Shown piece by piece: positions 19,530 through 29,767 of a DNA stretch of 64,000 nt. Under the pieces are notes generated by a model. It made no database searches and was not told the origin of the DNA. It was given only the letters and a program-made list of their open reading frames with translations. Every line of letters starts with the position of its first letter. Positions within the stretch are counted from its first letter, which is position 1. Source of the stretch: a bacterium (GTDB lineage Bacteria > Patescibacteriota > Minisyncoccia > UBA6257 > 2-01-FULL-56-20). The position numbers and the translations under genes are program-made. The stretch spans positions 2,239-66,238 of the forward strand of contig DAIDAM010000003.1 in NCBI GenBank assembly GCA_027310625.1, in the 5' to 3' direction.

Positions 19530-20672
19530 ATGAAAACAATAAGAATTGCACTCACGGGAGGAGGAAGCGGGGGACACATATATCCCCTGGTCGCCGTGGC
19601 GGAAAAGCTGGAGCTCATCGCTATCGAACAGAAACTCTACATGGAGATAACGTATTTCGGTCCCGTTGACGTCTATAAACCCGTTCTTGAAGACGCCGGG
19701 ATAAAAACAAGCAAAATCGTTTCGGGAAAAATCCGGAGATACGGTTCTTTTTCAAACATAACCGACATACCGAAGTTTCTAATAGGGTTTTTGCAGGCGC
19801 TCGCGAAATTATTATTTTTCATGCCCGACGTTCTTTTTTCAAAAGGCGGCAGCGGGGCGTTCCCCGTCGTCCTTGCGGCGTGGTTTTACAGAATCCCCGT
19901 GGTGATTCACGAATCCGACGCGCAGCCGGGGCTCAACAATCTTTTTTCGGCGCGCTTTGCAAAAAGAATAGCGGTAAGTTTTGAAAAAGCCCTGAATTAT
20001 TTTGAGCCGAAAAAGACGGCATTGACGGGAACCCCGATAAGAAAATCAATGACGGACAACAGACAGGACGCGGGACTTGTCAAAGAAGAACTTGGATTCA
20101 ATTCCGACAAGCCGCTTGTCCTTTTTCTCGGCGGCTCACAGGGCTCCGAGAGAATAAACAAACTCCTGCTTTCCGTATTGAAGGATTTGACGAAAGAAGC
20201 GCAAATTCTTCATCAAACCGGGTTCGCGAATTTTTCGGCGGTTGAAGAAAGCGTCAAATCTTCCGCGTTGGAACTCATGCAAAAAACTCAGGAGGGGATA
20301 AAATATCTTCCCGTTCCCTATCTTGACCCGAAGGAAATGAAAATGGCGATGACGGCGGCGGATTTGATAGTTTCAAGAGGAGGAAGCAACACAATTTTTG
20401 AAATAGCGGCTTTTTCGAAGCCGTCCGTTATAATTCCGCTCCCGGAATCGGCGAACGACCATCAGCGCATAAATGCTTACGAGTTTGAAAAAATCGGGGC
20501 AACAATAGTCATAGAGGAAACGAATCTTTTCCCGAATCTGTTTCTCAACCAAATATCAAATCTGTTCAAGAATAAGGAACTTCTTAAAAAGATGGGTGAT
20601 GCCGCCGGCGGATTTTTCAAGCCGGACGCATCCAAAATAATTGCGGAAGAAATAATGAAACTCGCAAAGTGA
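19530..20672 (+). CDS. murG: Undecaprenyl-PP-MurNAc-pentapeptide GlcNAc transferase MurG
   Basis: GGGSGGHIYP, HESD, GGSQGS, SRGG, HQ..NA. Confidence 0.96.
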   Translation: MKTIRIALTGGGSGGHIYPLVAVAEKLELIAIEQKLYMEITYFGPVDVYKPVLEDAGIKTSKIVSGKIRRYGSFSNITDIPKFLIGFLQALAKLLFFMPDVLFSKGGSGAFPVVLAAWFYRIPVVIHESDAQPGLNNLFSARFAKRIAVSFEKALNYFEPKKTALTGTPIRKSMTDNRQDAGLVKEELGFNSDKPLVLFLGGSQGSERINKLLLSVLKDLTKEAQILHQTGFANFSAVEESVKSSALELMQKTQEGIKYLPVPYLDPKEMKMAMTAADLIVSRGGSNTIFEIAAFSKPSVIIPLPESANDHQRINAYEFEKIGATIVIEETNLFPNLFLNQISNLFKNKELLKKMGDAAGGFFKPDASKIIAEEIMKLAK

Positions 20673-20820
20673 AACGCGATACAAATATACAAATGCATGC
20701 GAATGATACGAATAATGCTGATTCGTATTCATTTGTATCATTAGAACAATTCGTAATATTTCGTATATTGGCATCATAGTTTACTGGATTACCGTTGGAA
20801 AATATGTCAAAATTCGCCCC

Positions 20821-20961
20821 ATGTCCCGTAGGAAACTATGCGGAAATACCTGTGCATTTCCGCATAAAAATCCTAAGGGAGACTCTCTTCTATTCACGCC
20901 AACCGATTTAAGAAATAAAAAGGTATGGGTCGCCGAAAATATTTAATTTCCTACGGGATAT
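20821..20961. repeat. IR-bounded element (TCCCGTAGGAAA...TTTCCTACGGGA) ending at the gltX start codon
   Basis: 12-15 bp terminal inverted repeat with internal hairpin TATGCGGAAAT...ATTTCCGCATA. Confidence 0.7.
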
Positions 20962-22501
20962 GACAGCCACTCAAAAAAGAGGGGTACGTGTTCGTTTTGC
21001 TCCGTCGCCGACGGGGTTTCTGCACGTCGGCTCCGTAAGAACCGCACTCTTCAACTGGATTTTTGCAAAACAGAATAGCGGAAAATTTATTCTCAGAATC
21101 GAAGATACTGATAAGGAACGCTCAAAACCGGAATATGAAAAAAACATTCTTGAAAGTTTGAAATGGCTGGGTCTTGACTGGGATGAAGGACCCTCGCCCA
21201 ATGGCGCGCAGAATAACGCAGACGATACGCAGAATAACGCAGAAAAAAGTCAGCGTGAGTCAGCGTCAAGTCGGCGCAAGTCAGCGTATATTGGAGATTA
21301 TGGTCCTTATCGTCAGTCGGAAAGGATAAAAATTTACAGAAATTACATTGAACGTTTGATTGGCGAAGGAAGGGCTTATCGCTGCTTTTGCTCCAAAGAA
21401 CAGCTTGAATCAGACCGGCAAACGATGCTTGCCGAAGGTTTGCCTCCGAAATACGGCGGGCGATGCAGAAACATAAAAAAAGAAGACGGCGAAAAGAGAA
21501 TGAAAAACGGCGAAGCGTGCGTCATACGTTTCGTCGTTCCCGAAACGGATGTAGAATTCAACGATTTGGTCAGAGGGAATGTGAAATTCAGCGGCGAACT
21601 GATGGGGGACATGATAATCGCCAAAAGCGAGGATGAGCCGCTTTATAACTTCGCCGCAACGATAGACGACGAACTGATGGAAATAACCCACGTCATAAGG
21701 GCGGAAGAACACCTTTCAAACACGCCGAAACAAATATTTCTTCAGCAGGCGCTGAATTTCAGAGAGATTAAATACGCCCACATCCCTCTCATACTCAATC
21801 CCGACAGAAGCAAAATGTCCAAACGCTATCTTGAATCGTCGGTAAACGATTACCGCTCGGGAGGTTATCTGCCGGAAGCAATGCTGAATTTTCTTTCGCT
21901 TCTCGGATGGCATCCGAAAGAAGAAAAAGAAATTCTCGGCATTGACGAAATAATAAAAGAATTTGACATCAAGCGCGTGCAAAAAGCCGGAGCCGTTTTC
22001 AATATTGAAAAGCTGAACTGGATAAATTCCCAATACATAAAGAAGAAAACGAATACAGAGTTGGCGGCGCTTTTGAGAATTTTTCTTGAAAATAAAAATA
22101 TTGACGCGGAAGATGAATTTGTCGCAAAGGTCGCCGGCGCCGAGAAAGAGCGCGTAAAGACCATTGCCGAATTAGCCGAAGCCGCCGAGTTTTTTTTCAA
22201 ACTTCCCGATTACGGTCCGGAGCTTTTGACATGGAAAAATAGAACAGCCGCCGAGACGAAAAATGCAATAAATGAATCGCTTAAGATGTTGGATGAGATA
22301 CCGGAAGAAAAATTCGCGAGGGAAGAAATCGGGAACGCGCTGCAGCAATTGATAGAAAAAACGGGCAGGGGAGAGGTTCTGTGGCCAATCAGAGCCGCAC
22401 TTTCAGGGCAAAAAGCTTCGCCGGACCCCCTTGAAATAATGGGGATTTTAGGCAAAAAGGAAACGGAAAGGCGATTAAAAATCGCGATGAAAAAATTATA
22501 A
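20960..22501 (+). CDS. gltX: Glutamate--tRNA ligase
   Basis: RFAPSPTG.LHVG, LRIEDTD, YGPYRQSER, KMSKR; ~28-aa repeat-derived insertion after WDEGP. Confidence 0.96.
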   Translation: MTATQKRGVRVRFAPSPTGFLHVGSVRTALFNWIFAKQNSGKFILRIEDTDKERSKPEYEKNILESLKWLGLDWDEGPSPNGAQNNADDTQNNAEKSQRESASSRRKSAYIGDYGPYRQSERIKIYRNYIERLIGEGRAYRCFCSKEQLESDRQTMLAEGLPPKYGGRCRNIKKEDGEKRMKNGEACVIRFVVPETDVEFNDLVRGNVKFSGELMGDMIIAKSEDEPLYNFAATIDDELMEITHVIRAEEHLSNTPKQIFLQQALNFREIKYAHIPLILNPDRSKMSKRYLESSVNDYRSGGYLPEAMLNFLSLLGWHPKEEKEILGIDEIIKEFDIKRVQKAGAVFNIEKLNWINSQYIKKKTNTELAALLRIFLENKNIDAEDEFVAKVAGAEKERVKTIAELAEAAEFFFKLPDYGPELLTWKNRTAAETKNAINESLKMLDEIPEEKFAREEIGNALQQLIEKTGRGEVLWPIRAALSGQKASPDPLEIMGILGKKETERRLKIAMKKL

Positions 22502-22521
22502 AATTCATCGTCGGAATTAAA

Positions 22522-23817
22522 ATGAGAATATACATATCGGTACTCCTCGTAATTTTCTTCTTTGGAAATTTTCTTTCGGTTGTTTTCGGACAGGAAGCAA
22601 CATCAACTTCTCCGCAAACCGAGCTGCAATCAAAAATACAGGAAAGAACACGGCAACTGGAGGAAATAAACGGTAAGCTTAAGGAAGCTGAAAAAAATCT
22701 CTCGGAAACGCAAAACCAGCGCCAAACTCTTCAAAATCAGGTAAAAATTTATCAAAACACGATAAACCAGCTTAACCTCAACATTAATAACGACAACGTC
22801 TCAATTCAGAAATTAAGTTTAGAAGTGGAATCTCTCAACTACGATTTAAGAGACATACAGGAATCAATAGACAATAAAAAAATCGCAATAAATAAACTCC
22901 TCGTCGAGATTCAAAAAAACGACTACGAAAATTCCAATTTGCTGGCGGTTTTTCTCAAAAGCAAAACTCTTGCCGACGGCGTAATGGAAGCGCAGTCACT
23001 TGTGAATATAAGAAGTCAGCTCGATGACGATATCCAGAATCTTTCAACTCTCAGCGAACAATACACCTCCAAAATACAGGATAAAAACGGAAAAATCTCG
23101 GAAACGGAAATTCGTAAAAACAATCTTTCCGCAAGAAAATCAATAGTGGCTGGTCAAAAAGAAGAACAACAGACGCTCCTGACGCAAACAAGAGAGCGGG
23201 AGAGTGTCTACCAGAAACAACTCTCCGATATATACGCGCTGCAGGAAAAAGTCGCCGCCGAAATAGAAGAGATGGATAGGCAGCTGCGGCAGAATATTGA
23301 TCCTTCTCTTTTACCGCCGACAGACCCGAATACTTTCCTGAACCCCGTTCCCGCCGCCTATTTAACGCAGGGGTACGGAAGCACAAGTTTTGCCTTAAGA
23401 AATTACCGCGGAAAATGGCACAACGGGATAGATTTGGGCGCCCCTCTCGGCACCGAAATTTTCGCCGCCGCTGACGGCGTTGTGATCAATGTTGGAAATC
23501 AGGACAAATTTTGCCCCAAAGCCGGCTACGGAAAATTCGTGGTCATCAAGCACAATAACGGTCTGACAACGCTGTACGCGCACATGTCACTCTACGTTGT
23601 CTCCATCGGAGACAAAGTATCCCGCGGCCAGCTGATCGGATACGTCGGAAGAACGGGGTATGCGACGGGACCCCATACGCACCTCACCGTTTTCGCGAGC
23701 CAAACGCTGACACCCGCAAGAAGCGGCTACCCGGAAGGCGCAAAACCGTCAAGCTGCGGGCCTACGCCGGTGGGCGGCGACCTGAACCCGTTGCTCTATG
23801 TTTCCGTCAGAAAATAA
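22522..23817 (+). CDS. Coiled-coil M23 peptidase (EnvC/NlpD-like)
   Basis: Signal peptide, long coiled coil, HNGIDL, YAHM, TGPHTH. Confidence 0.9.
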   Translation: MRIYISVLLVIFFFGNFLSVVFGQEATSTSPQTELQSKIQERTRQLEEINGKLKEAEKNLSETQNQRQTLQNQVKIYQNTINQLNLNINNDNVSIQKLSLEVESLNYDLRDIQESIDNKKIAINKLLVEIQKNDYENSNLLAVFLKSKTLADGVMEAQSLVNIRSQLDDDIQNLSTLSEQYTSKIQDKNGKISETEIRKNNLSARKSIVAGQKEEQQTLLTQTRERESVYQKQLSDIYALQEKVAAEIEEMDRQLRQNIDPSLLPPTDPNTFLNPVPAAYLTQGYGSTSFALRNYRGKWHNGIDLGAPLGTEIFAAADGVVINVGNQDKFCPKAGYGKFVVIKHNNGLTTLYAHMSLYVVSIGDKVSRGQLIGYVGRTGYATGPHTHLTVFASQTLTPARSGYPEGAKPSSCGPTPVGGDLNPLLYVSVRK

Positions 23818-23831
23818 CTTCCGACGATTCG

Positions 23832-25049
23832 ATGCAAATTTTCAGCACGCTTAAAAAAATAGTAAGAAATTTTCTGCCGGATTCTCTCATCAGCTTTTAT
23901 CATTTTGTTTTGGCATATTTGAGCGCTTTAATTTACGGTTTTCCGTCGCACCAGCTTTGCGTAATCGGCGTGACGGGCACAAAAGGCAAAACAACCGTAA
24001 CCGAACTGCTTACCGCGATTCTTGAATCGTCCGGGAAAAAAGTGGCGCTGGCGAACGGTCTCCGCTTCAAAATCGGAGACAATGAAACTCCCAACCTTTT
24101 CAAAATGACGATGCCCGGGCGGGGAAGGCTTCAAAAATTTCTGTCTGAGGCACGAAAATCGGGATGCAGCTATGCGGTACTTGAAGTCACTTCGGAAGGC
24201 ATCCGTCAGCATAGAAACGCATTTATCCGGTTTGCAATCGCCTCGTTAACGAATGTGCAAAAAGAACATTTGGAATCGCACGGTTCTTTTGATGCCTACC
24301 GCGCGGAAAAGGGCAAATTTTTCCGAGAAGTAGGGGATACCCATGTCATTAACGCCGAAGACCCGAACGCGGAATATTTCGGAAGATTCCCGGCAAAGAA
24401 AAAAATATTTTATTCACTGAAAGATGCCGAGAGATTAAAACTCAAGCCGCGCATTTGGGGCGAATTCAATATCATGAACGCGGTTTGCGCCGCGACGATT
24501 GCCGAAACGCTCGGCATCCCCGTTGAAAAAATACGGAAGGCAGTTTCCGATTTCAGAGGAACGCCGGGAAGGATGGAATCAATGCAGCGCGAACCTTTCA
24601 CGGTGATAGTGGATTACGCCCATACGCCCGATTCTTTAGAATCCGTTTATCGGGCAATCCGGGACAACATTAAACCCGCTCATATGGTGTGCCTGCTCGG
24701 CGCCGCAGGAAATCGCGACAAGTGGAAAAGACCGGTTATGGGCGGCATTGCCGCGCAATATTGCGATTTGATTTTCCTTGCAGACGAAGACCCGTACGAC
24801 GAAAACCCGGCCGAGATATTAAATGAAATAAAGTCGGGGATACCGAACGCCAAAATAAAACAAACAAATGTGGTGCCGGACAGAAAAAAGGCGATCGGAG
24901 AAGCGATTAAATCGGCGGGGGCGGGCGATGCCGTAATCATTACCGGCAAAGGAGCGGAACAATACATGATTGTCGGTTCAAAAAAAATCCCTTGGGACGA
25001 CCGCGAGGTGGTTCGCCAGGAATTAAGAAAAATGGTAAAATCGCATTGA
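23832..25049 (+). CDS. murE: UDP-MurNAc-tripeptide synthetase MurE
   Basis: GVTGTKGKTT, EVTSEG, PGRME, VDYAHTPDSL, GKGAE, WDDR. Confidence 0.92.
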   Translation: MQIFSTLKKIVRNFLPDSLISFYHFVLAYLSALIYGFPSHQLCVIGVTGTKGKTTVTELLTAILESSGKKVALANGLRFKIGDNETPNLFKMTMPGRGRLQKFLSEARKSGCSYAVLEVTSEGIRQHRNAFIRFAIASLTNVQKEHLESHGSFDAYRAEKGKFFREVGDTHVINAEDPNAEYFGRFPAKKKIFYSLKDAERLKLKPRIWGEFNIMNAVCAATIAETLGIPVEKIRKAVSDFRGTPGRMESMQREPFTVIVDYAHTPDSLESVYRAIRDNIKPAHMVCLLGAAGNRDKWKRPVMGGIAAQYCDLIFLADEDPYDENPAEILNEIKSGIPNAKIKQTNVVPDRKKAIGEAIKSAGAGDAVIITGKGAEQYMIVGSKKIPWDDREVVRQELRKMVKSH

Positions 25050-25054
25050 TAAAA

Positions 25055-25462
25055 ATGAAAAAAATCCTTGTTATTTTTACAACCGTTGTTTTGCTGATAC
25101 CGACGTTATCGTTGGCGGAAATTTCACTCCAAACGCCGCAGAGCACATTGAATCTTCAAAGCTTGCCGTCGCCGTTCAGTGAATTCATCGGGAACCTTCG
25201 AGACATAAACAATTCTTTCAATACTCAAATAAGCAAATACTTCAGCATCTCGCCGATTCAGGCGCCGATAAGTTTTGAACAAATAAGCAAACTAAGTCCC
25301 AATCAATGGATCCAAAACATTCAAAACATGTTCCAAAATACGCCGCTGTCTGGTTTATATTCCATAGTAGTTAAAATTATCCAGACGGTGGGAAACATAG
25401 TTCTTTGGATTCTTGAAACGGCGATAGATCTCATAAAAGGCGGGTTGTCCATGTTGCGTTGA
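25055..25462 (+). CDS. Hypothetical secreted/membrane protein
   Basis: MKK signal peptide; amphipathic C-terminal helix. Confidence 0.6.
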   Translation: MKKILVIFTTVVLLIPTLSLAEISLQTPQSTLNLQSLPSPFSEFIGNLRDINNSFNTQISKYFSISPIQAPISFEQISKLSPNQWIQNIQNMFQNTPLSGLYSIVVKIIQTVGNIVLWILETAIDLIKGGLSMLR

Positions 25463-25586
25463 TTGCGCTGATAGTCAAAGTAGATTTTATGATATTTGCT
25501 GGGCAAATGTTATAAAATTCACGTCAACCTTGTTACGTCAGATATCAGAATATCTGACGTAAAAGGTATATTGGGCGACATATCTT

Positions 25587-27093
25587 ATGGCGAAGAAACA
25601 AAAAGAAAACCAATATCCCCTAGCAGATGTGCCATTCCTCTCAATAAGCCCGAAATCCGTTCATTTTATCGGCGTTCTGGGCATCGGCATAAGCTCCCTT
25701 GCCCAGTGGTTTATGGCCCGCCCTGAGCGCGGTCGAAGGGCTCAAAAATGGGCTGTTTCGGGGTCGGATACGGCAATTGGTCCTACCTATCAAATGCTCA
25801 AAAAAGCCGGTTTAAAAGCAAAAATTGGGCATAAAAGAGGCAATATTCCAGCAAAATGCGGTCTTGTTATATATAGCCGGGCGATAAAAAAGAATAACCC
25901 CGAACTTAAAGAAGCAAAAAGAATGGACATACCCGCGCTCTCCTATCCGCAGGCCGTCGGGAAGCTGACAAAGTTCTACAAAACGATTTGCATTTCCGGC
26001 ATGCACGGAAAGAGCACTACAACGGCGCTGACTGCGTTTCTTTTAATTAATGCGGGGTTGGATCCGACGGTAATCATCGGCACGCGCCTGAAGGAATTCG
26101 GATACAGAAATTTCCGCAATGGAAAAAACGAATTTCTTGTTTTAGAGGCGGACGAATACAAAGACGCTTTTTTGAACTACTCCCCTGCTTTTGCGATAGT
26201 CACCAATATAGACAAAGAACATCTGGACTATTTCAAAAACATAAACGAAATAAAAAATTCTTTTCTGAATTTTTTCCGCCGCGTAAAAAAAGGCGGAATA
26301 ATTATATTAAACCGCGACGATGCAATGCTTTATTCCCTCAAACGAAAAATAGATAAATTAAGCAAAATCAGAAACATAAAAACAAAATGGTATTCACTGC
26401 GAGACAAAGAAGCGGCGGAAGTAAAAAAGTATATAAAGTTGCCGGGAATGCATAATGTATCAAATGCTCTAGCGGTATATTGTTTGTCAAAGTTTCTCGG
26501 AATAAGCGGAAAAACCTTCTTAAAAACCATCTCCGAATACGCCGGTTCGTGGAGAAGAATGGAATACCGCGGCAAGTATCAAGTATCAAGTATCAGTTTA
26601 TGACGATTACGCTCATCATCCGACGGAGATAAAAGCGACGCTTGCCGCGTTCAGGGAAAAGTTTCCTAAAAGCGAGATTGTCTGCGTTTTCCAGCCGCAT
26701 CAGGCGGAGCGGCTCAAGCTTTTATTCAAAGAATTTCGTAACGCCTTTGACGGCGCTGATAAAACAATAATTATGCCGATTTACAAAGTCGCCGGCCGCG
26801 AATCGTCGGTTAACTCCGAATATGACGCCGCGGCGCTCGTAAAATCAATCCAAAAAATGAAACCGCCGCGGAAAGTTTTTTATCTGAAAGACCCGAAAAA
26901 CTTGAAAAAGGCGCTAAAAATTCTCTTGTCCGATTACTCGCTCCCCTGCCCCCTTCCGCGTAAGTCGGCGTTAAGTCAGCGTGAGTCTGCGTCAGGTCCG
27001 CGTCAGTCCGCGGTCGTGATAATGATGGGCGCCGGCGACATTGTAAATTACACGGATTCACTCATTAAAAAAGACAGGGCCAGCAAGCGCTAG
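25587..27093 (+). CDS. murC: UDP-N-acetylmuramate--L-alanine ligase MurC, frameshifted at 26574-26603
   Basis: N part HFIG..GIGIS, GMHGKSTTT, EADEY, RRME; C part in another frame from 26596 VYDDYAHHPTEI...FQPH...MGAGDI. Confidence 0.9.
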
Positions 27094-27115
27094 CCCTTTA
27101 TCCCCGACGCCCCGT

Positions 27116-27346
27116 TCAGAATGGCCGCGACAGATGCGGATGGACGGAAGATTCGTACGACTCGTGGATTGAATCCCAACAGCTTCCGCAGAAGAGAAGC
27201 CCTTCTGGATAGTGCGGGGAAGGCGTCCCACGATCGCAGACATCGTAGTAGTTGCCGCTTCCGCACCCCGCACACCTGCCCTGCTTGGATAGCTTCTTCA
27301 TTCGCCCTATTTCTTCTTTTGAAGGTTCATAACCCCCGAACGTCAT
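27116..27346 (-). CDS. Small Cys-rich (CxxC...CxxC) hypothetical protein
   Basis: Strong SD AGGAGGT before ATG; CAGC, CDR and CGSC motifs. Confidence 0.55.
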   Translation of the reverse strand: MTFGGYEPSKEEIGRMKKLSKQGRCAGCGSGNYYDVCDRGTPSPHYPEGLLFCGSCWDSIHESYESSVHPHLSRPF

Positions 27347-27540
27347 AGAACCACCTCCTTTCACGCCCGAGTTAATACAAAAAATATCACAGGAAATATT
27401 TTCTTGCAACACGATTGTAAATTACCTGACTTTGCTGATAAAATGACACAGCAGTAATCAGCAATTAGACATCAGTAATCAGTTGTCGGCAGTCGGTTCC
27501 TAATGTCTAATGACTAATGTCAATTGTCTATCTTACTTAT

Positions 27541-28326
27541 ATGTCCGAATACTATTCAACGCCCGAAAGTTTCAAGGAAGCCAACGGATATATTATTGAG
27601 GGCATTTGGTATCCGCGAGTAACAAAAATCGTTTCCATCAAGGCGAAGCCCGCTCTTTACCGCTTTTACGCCGAGCAGGAAAGCTTTGAAGCGAGCAGAA
27701 AAATAACGGAGCAATCGGCGGCCGAGGGAACGCTCGTCCACGAAGCGGCGGAGGCGATTCTCCTCGGACAAGCTCCGGAAATTGACGAGTCAATAAAGCC
27801 GGCCATAAAGGCGTTCCAAAAATTTCTGGAAGAGAAAAATATTCAGACCTCTCCGGAATACGTCGAGCGGCAAATTTTTCATCCCGGACACAGATACGCC
27901 GGAACAATAGACGTAATGGCGCTGATTGACGGAAAATTCGGCGTCCTCGACATAAAAACTTCACAGGGAATTTATCGCGATTACAATTTGCAAACGGCGG
28001 CGTATATGGGCGCGCTCAAAGACCAGTTTCAGCATTTGCAGACAAGATGGATTTTGAGAATTGATCAGATTCAAACCTGTCTCCGATGCGGCGCCACAAG
28101 GAGAACAAAAGGCGGACGCGAAAAGATAAGTTTGTGGAACAAAAACGGCGCGATGAACAAAGAAAAGATGAAAAAATGCGAACACGAGTGGTCAGAGGTT
28201 CGGGGAGAAATAGAATTCAAAGAATTCCCCTACTGGGAAAGCGATTTCGAAGCGTTCTTGGGGGCGAAAAAATTGTGGGAATGGGAAAATGAGAATTGGT
28301 TGCGGAAAATAGGATATTTAACTTAA
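27541..28326 (+). CDS. PD-(D/E)XK nuclease (Cas4/AddB/MGME1-like)
   Basis: YPRVT.I, GTLVHE, E..I, YAGTID, LDIKTS, QTAAY. Confidence 0.82.
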   Translation: MSEYYSTPESFKEANGYIIEGIWYPRVTKIVSIKAKPALYRFYAEQESFEASRKITEQSAAEGTLVHEAAEAILLGQAPEIDESIKPAIKAFQKFLEEKNIQTSPEYVERQIFHPGHRYAGTIDVMALIDGKFGVLDIKTSQGIYRDYNLQTAAYMGALKDQFQHLQTRWILRIDQIQTCLRCGATRRTKGGREKISLWNKNGAMNKEKMKKCEHEWSEVRGEIEFKEFPYWESDFEAFLGAKKLWEWENENWLRKIGYLT

Positions 28327-28336
28327 ATCGGCGAAA

Positions 28337-29455
28337 ATGTTTGACCTTCTTTATTTGGTAACCTATAGAACGGGAGAAATTATCGCCTCAGTGGCGGCAG
28401 TTTTCGTCGCTTTTTCGCAACCGAGCGTCGAAATAATAAATCCCTCGCCGATTTTGGTTCTGCCCGTTCCGACTTCAACCGAGTTAATTGAAACTGCAGT
28501 GTCAACAACAACATCAACGGCTTTAGCTGCCGCCGTTGCTCCACTGTCTTCCCCAAAGCCGGCCCCAACCGCAAGCGTTCCTAAACCAAAGCAATCCTTT
28601 GCCCCCAAACCGGCAACAGTTCAGTCAATTCTTGAAGGAACAACGTTTTCTCTCGGCAAACGCTCCGACGGAACCTACTGGGTTTCTTTGCGTACAGATA
28701 TTGGAAACGGCTCGGGATTTGACTGGGGTTTCAGCGACTCATCGATAGGAGGAAGCGGGTCCGTTCCGCAAATGAAAACGTCTTTTTTATGCGACCCGCA
28801 ATGGATTTCACCGCCGTCCAATTCACCGGACCAAAACCCGATTTTTGATGTAAACACATCTTACAGCTGCAACATCTCGCTCACTGACGCCATGCTGCGA
28901 ATCGCCGAGAAAAAAATAACTTTCAAAACCGAGAACGGCCGATTAGTTGTTAAGTCGTCCAATTTAGGCACCACCCTAAGAAGCGGCACCGACAATAATG
29001 GTTTTGTCTTTGACAACCAAAGCGACTCGCCGATAAACGTCAATGGAATTGTCGTAGACGTTTCTTTCAGGTCGCTTAATACTTCATCCCCTATTGCGCT
29101 TCGTTTTTACAGCCCCGACAACGAGTCGCTTATCTCCGATTTCCAAATTCAAAATAGCCCGCCAGACCCACTCAAGTTAAATTTCAAAACAACCCAGGGG
29201 ATAGTTGTTTCGTTTCCTTTCACGTTTACGGTCAAGCCGCGGAGTCAACGCATGCTGCCGGTGCAGATTCTCGGCGTACAGCCGCTGAACGAGGTAGGAA
29301 TAAACCCTGAAATAGACATTGTGTTGAGACAGGTAAATTACGACAACCAGGGAATAAAAATTTCCTTGGTGTCGCCCGCAATATCGTGGAGCTGCATTCC
29401 TTACGATGCCCTTACTTCCGGAGGAAACCTACCGAACGAAAGCAACTGTCAGTAG
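28337..29455 (+). CDS. Hypothetical secreted protein with Pro/Thr-rich linker
   Basis: Hydrophobic N-terminus, PT-rich stalk, beta-rich C-domain with Cys pairs. Confidence 0.65.
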   Translation: MFDLLYLVTYRTGEIIASVAAVFVAFSQPSVEIINPSPILVLPVPTSTELIETAVSTTTSTALAAAVAPLSSPKPAPTASVPKPKQSFAPKPATVQSILEGTTFSLGKRSDGTYWVSLRTDIGNGSGFDWGFSDSSIGGSGSVPQMKTSFLCDPQWISPPSNSPDQNPIFDVNTSYSCNISLTDAMLRIAEKKITFKTENGRLVVKSSNLGTTLRSGTDNNGFVFDNQSDSPINVNGIVVDVSFRSLNTSSPIALRFYSPDNESLISDFQIQNSPPDPLKLNFKTTQGIVVSFPFTFTVKPRSQRMLPVQILGVQPLNEVGINPEIDIVLRQVNYDNQGIKISLVSPAISWSCIPYDALTSGGNLPNESNCQ

Positions 29456-29482
29456 TCACTAGTCCGTCGCCTGTCGCCCGAT

Positions 29483-29644
29483 TTACGATTTTAATTCGCA
29501 CTTCTCTATTACTATCGGCGCGTGATTAAACTCGCGGTTAGCAAGATATCCCAGGGCGAAATTTATCGTCGCCACCAAGAAAATCACCACGGCGAAAATG
29601 ATTTCCTTCTTGTAAAAAATAACCCAGTCGCGCAGTTTTTCCAT
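29483..29644 (-). CDS. Small single-TM hypothetical protein (53 aa; not in ORF track)
   Basis: Manual translation MEKLRDWVIFYKKEIIFAVVIFLVATINFALGYLANREFNHAPIVIEKCELKS. Confidence 0.6.
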   Translation of the reverse strand: MEKLRDWVIFYKKEIIFAVVIFLVATINFALGYLANREFNHAPIVIEKCELKS

Positions 29645-29767
29645 ATTTCTGATTGTTTATGGCTAGTAGCTAACAGCTAATGGCTAAAGACCAATTACTA
29701 TCATTATATCACAATTGTGACATAATAATAAGTAATAAACTTTTTAATTAAATTTCGTTTTTTATGA

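Noticed and set aside
26773-27093. Independent 106-aa gene
   Set aside because: It is the tail of the frameshifted murC C-terminal domain.
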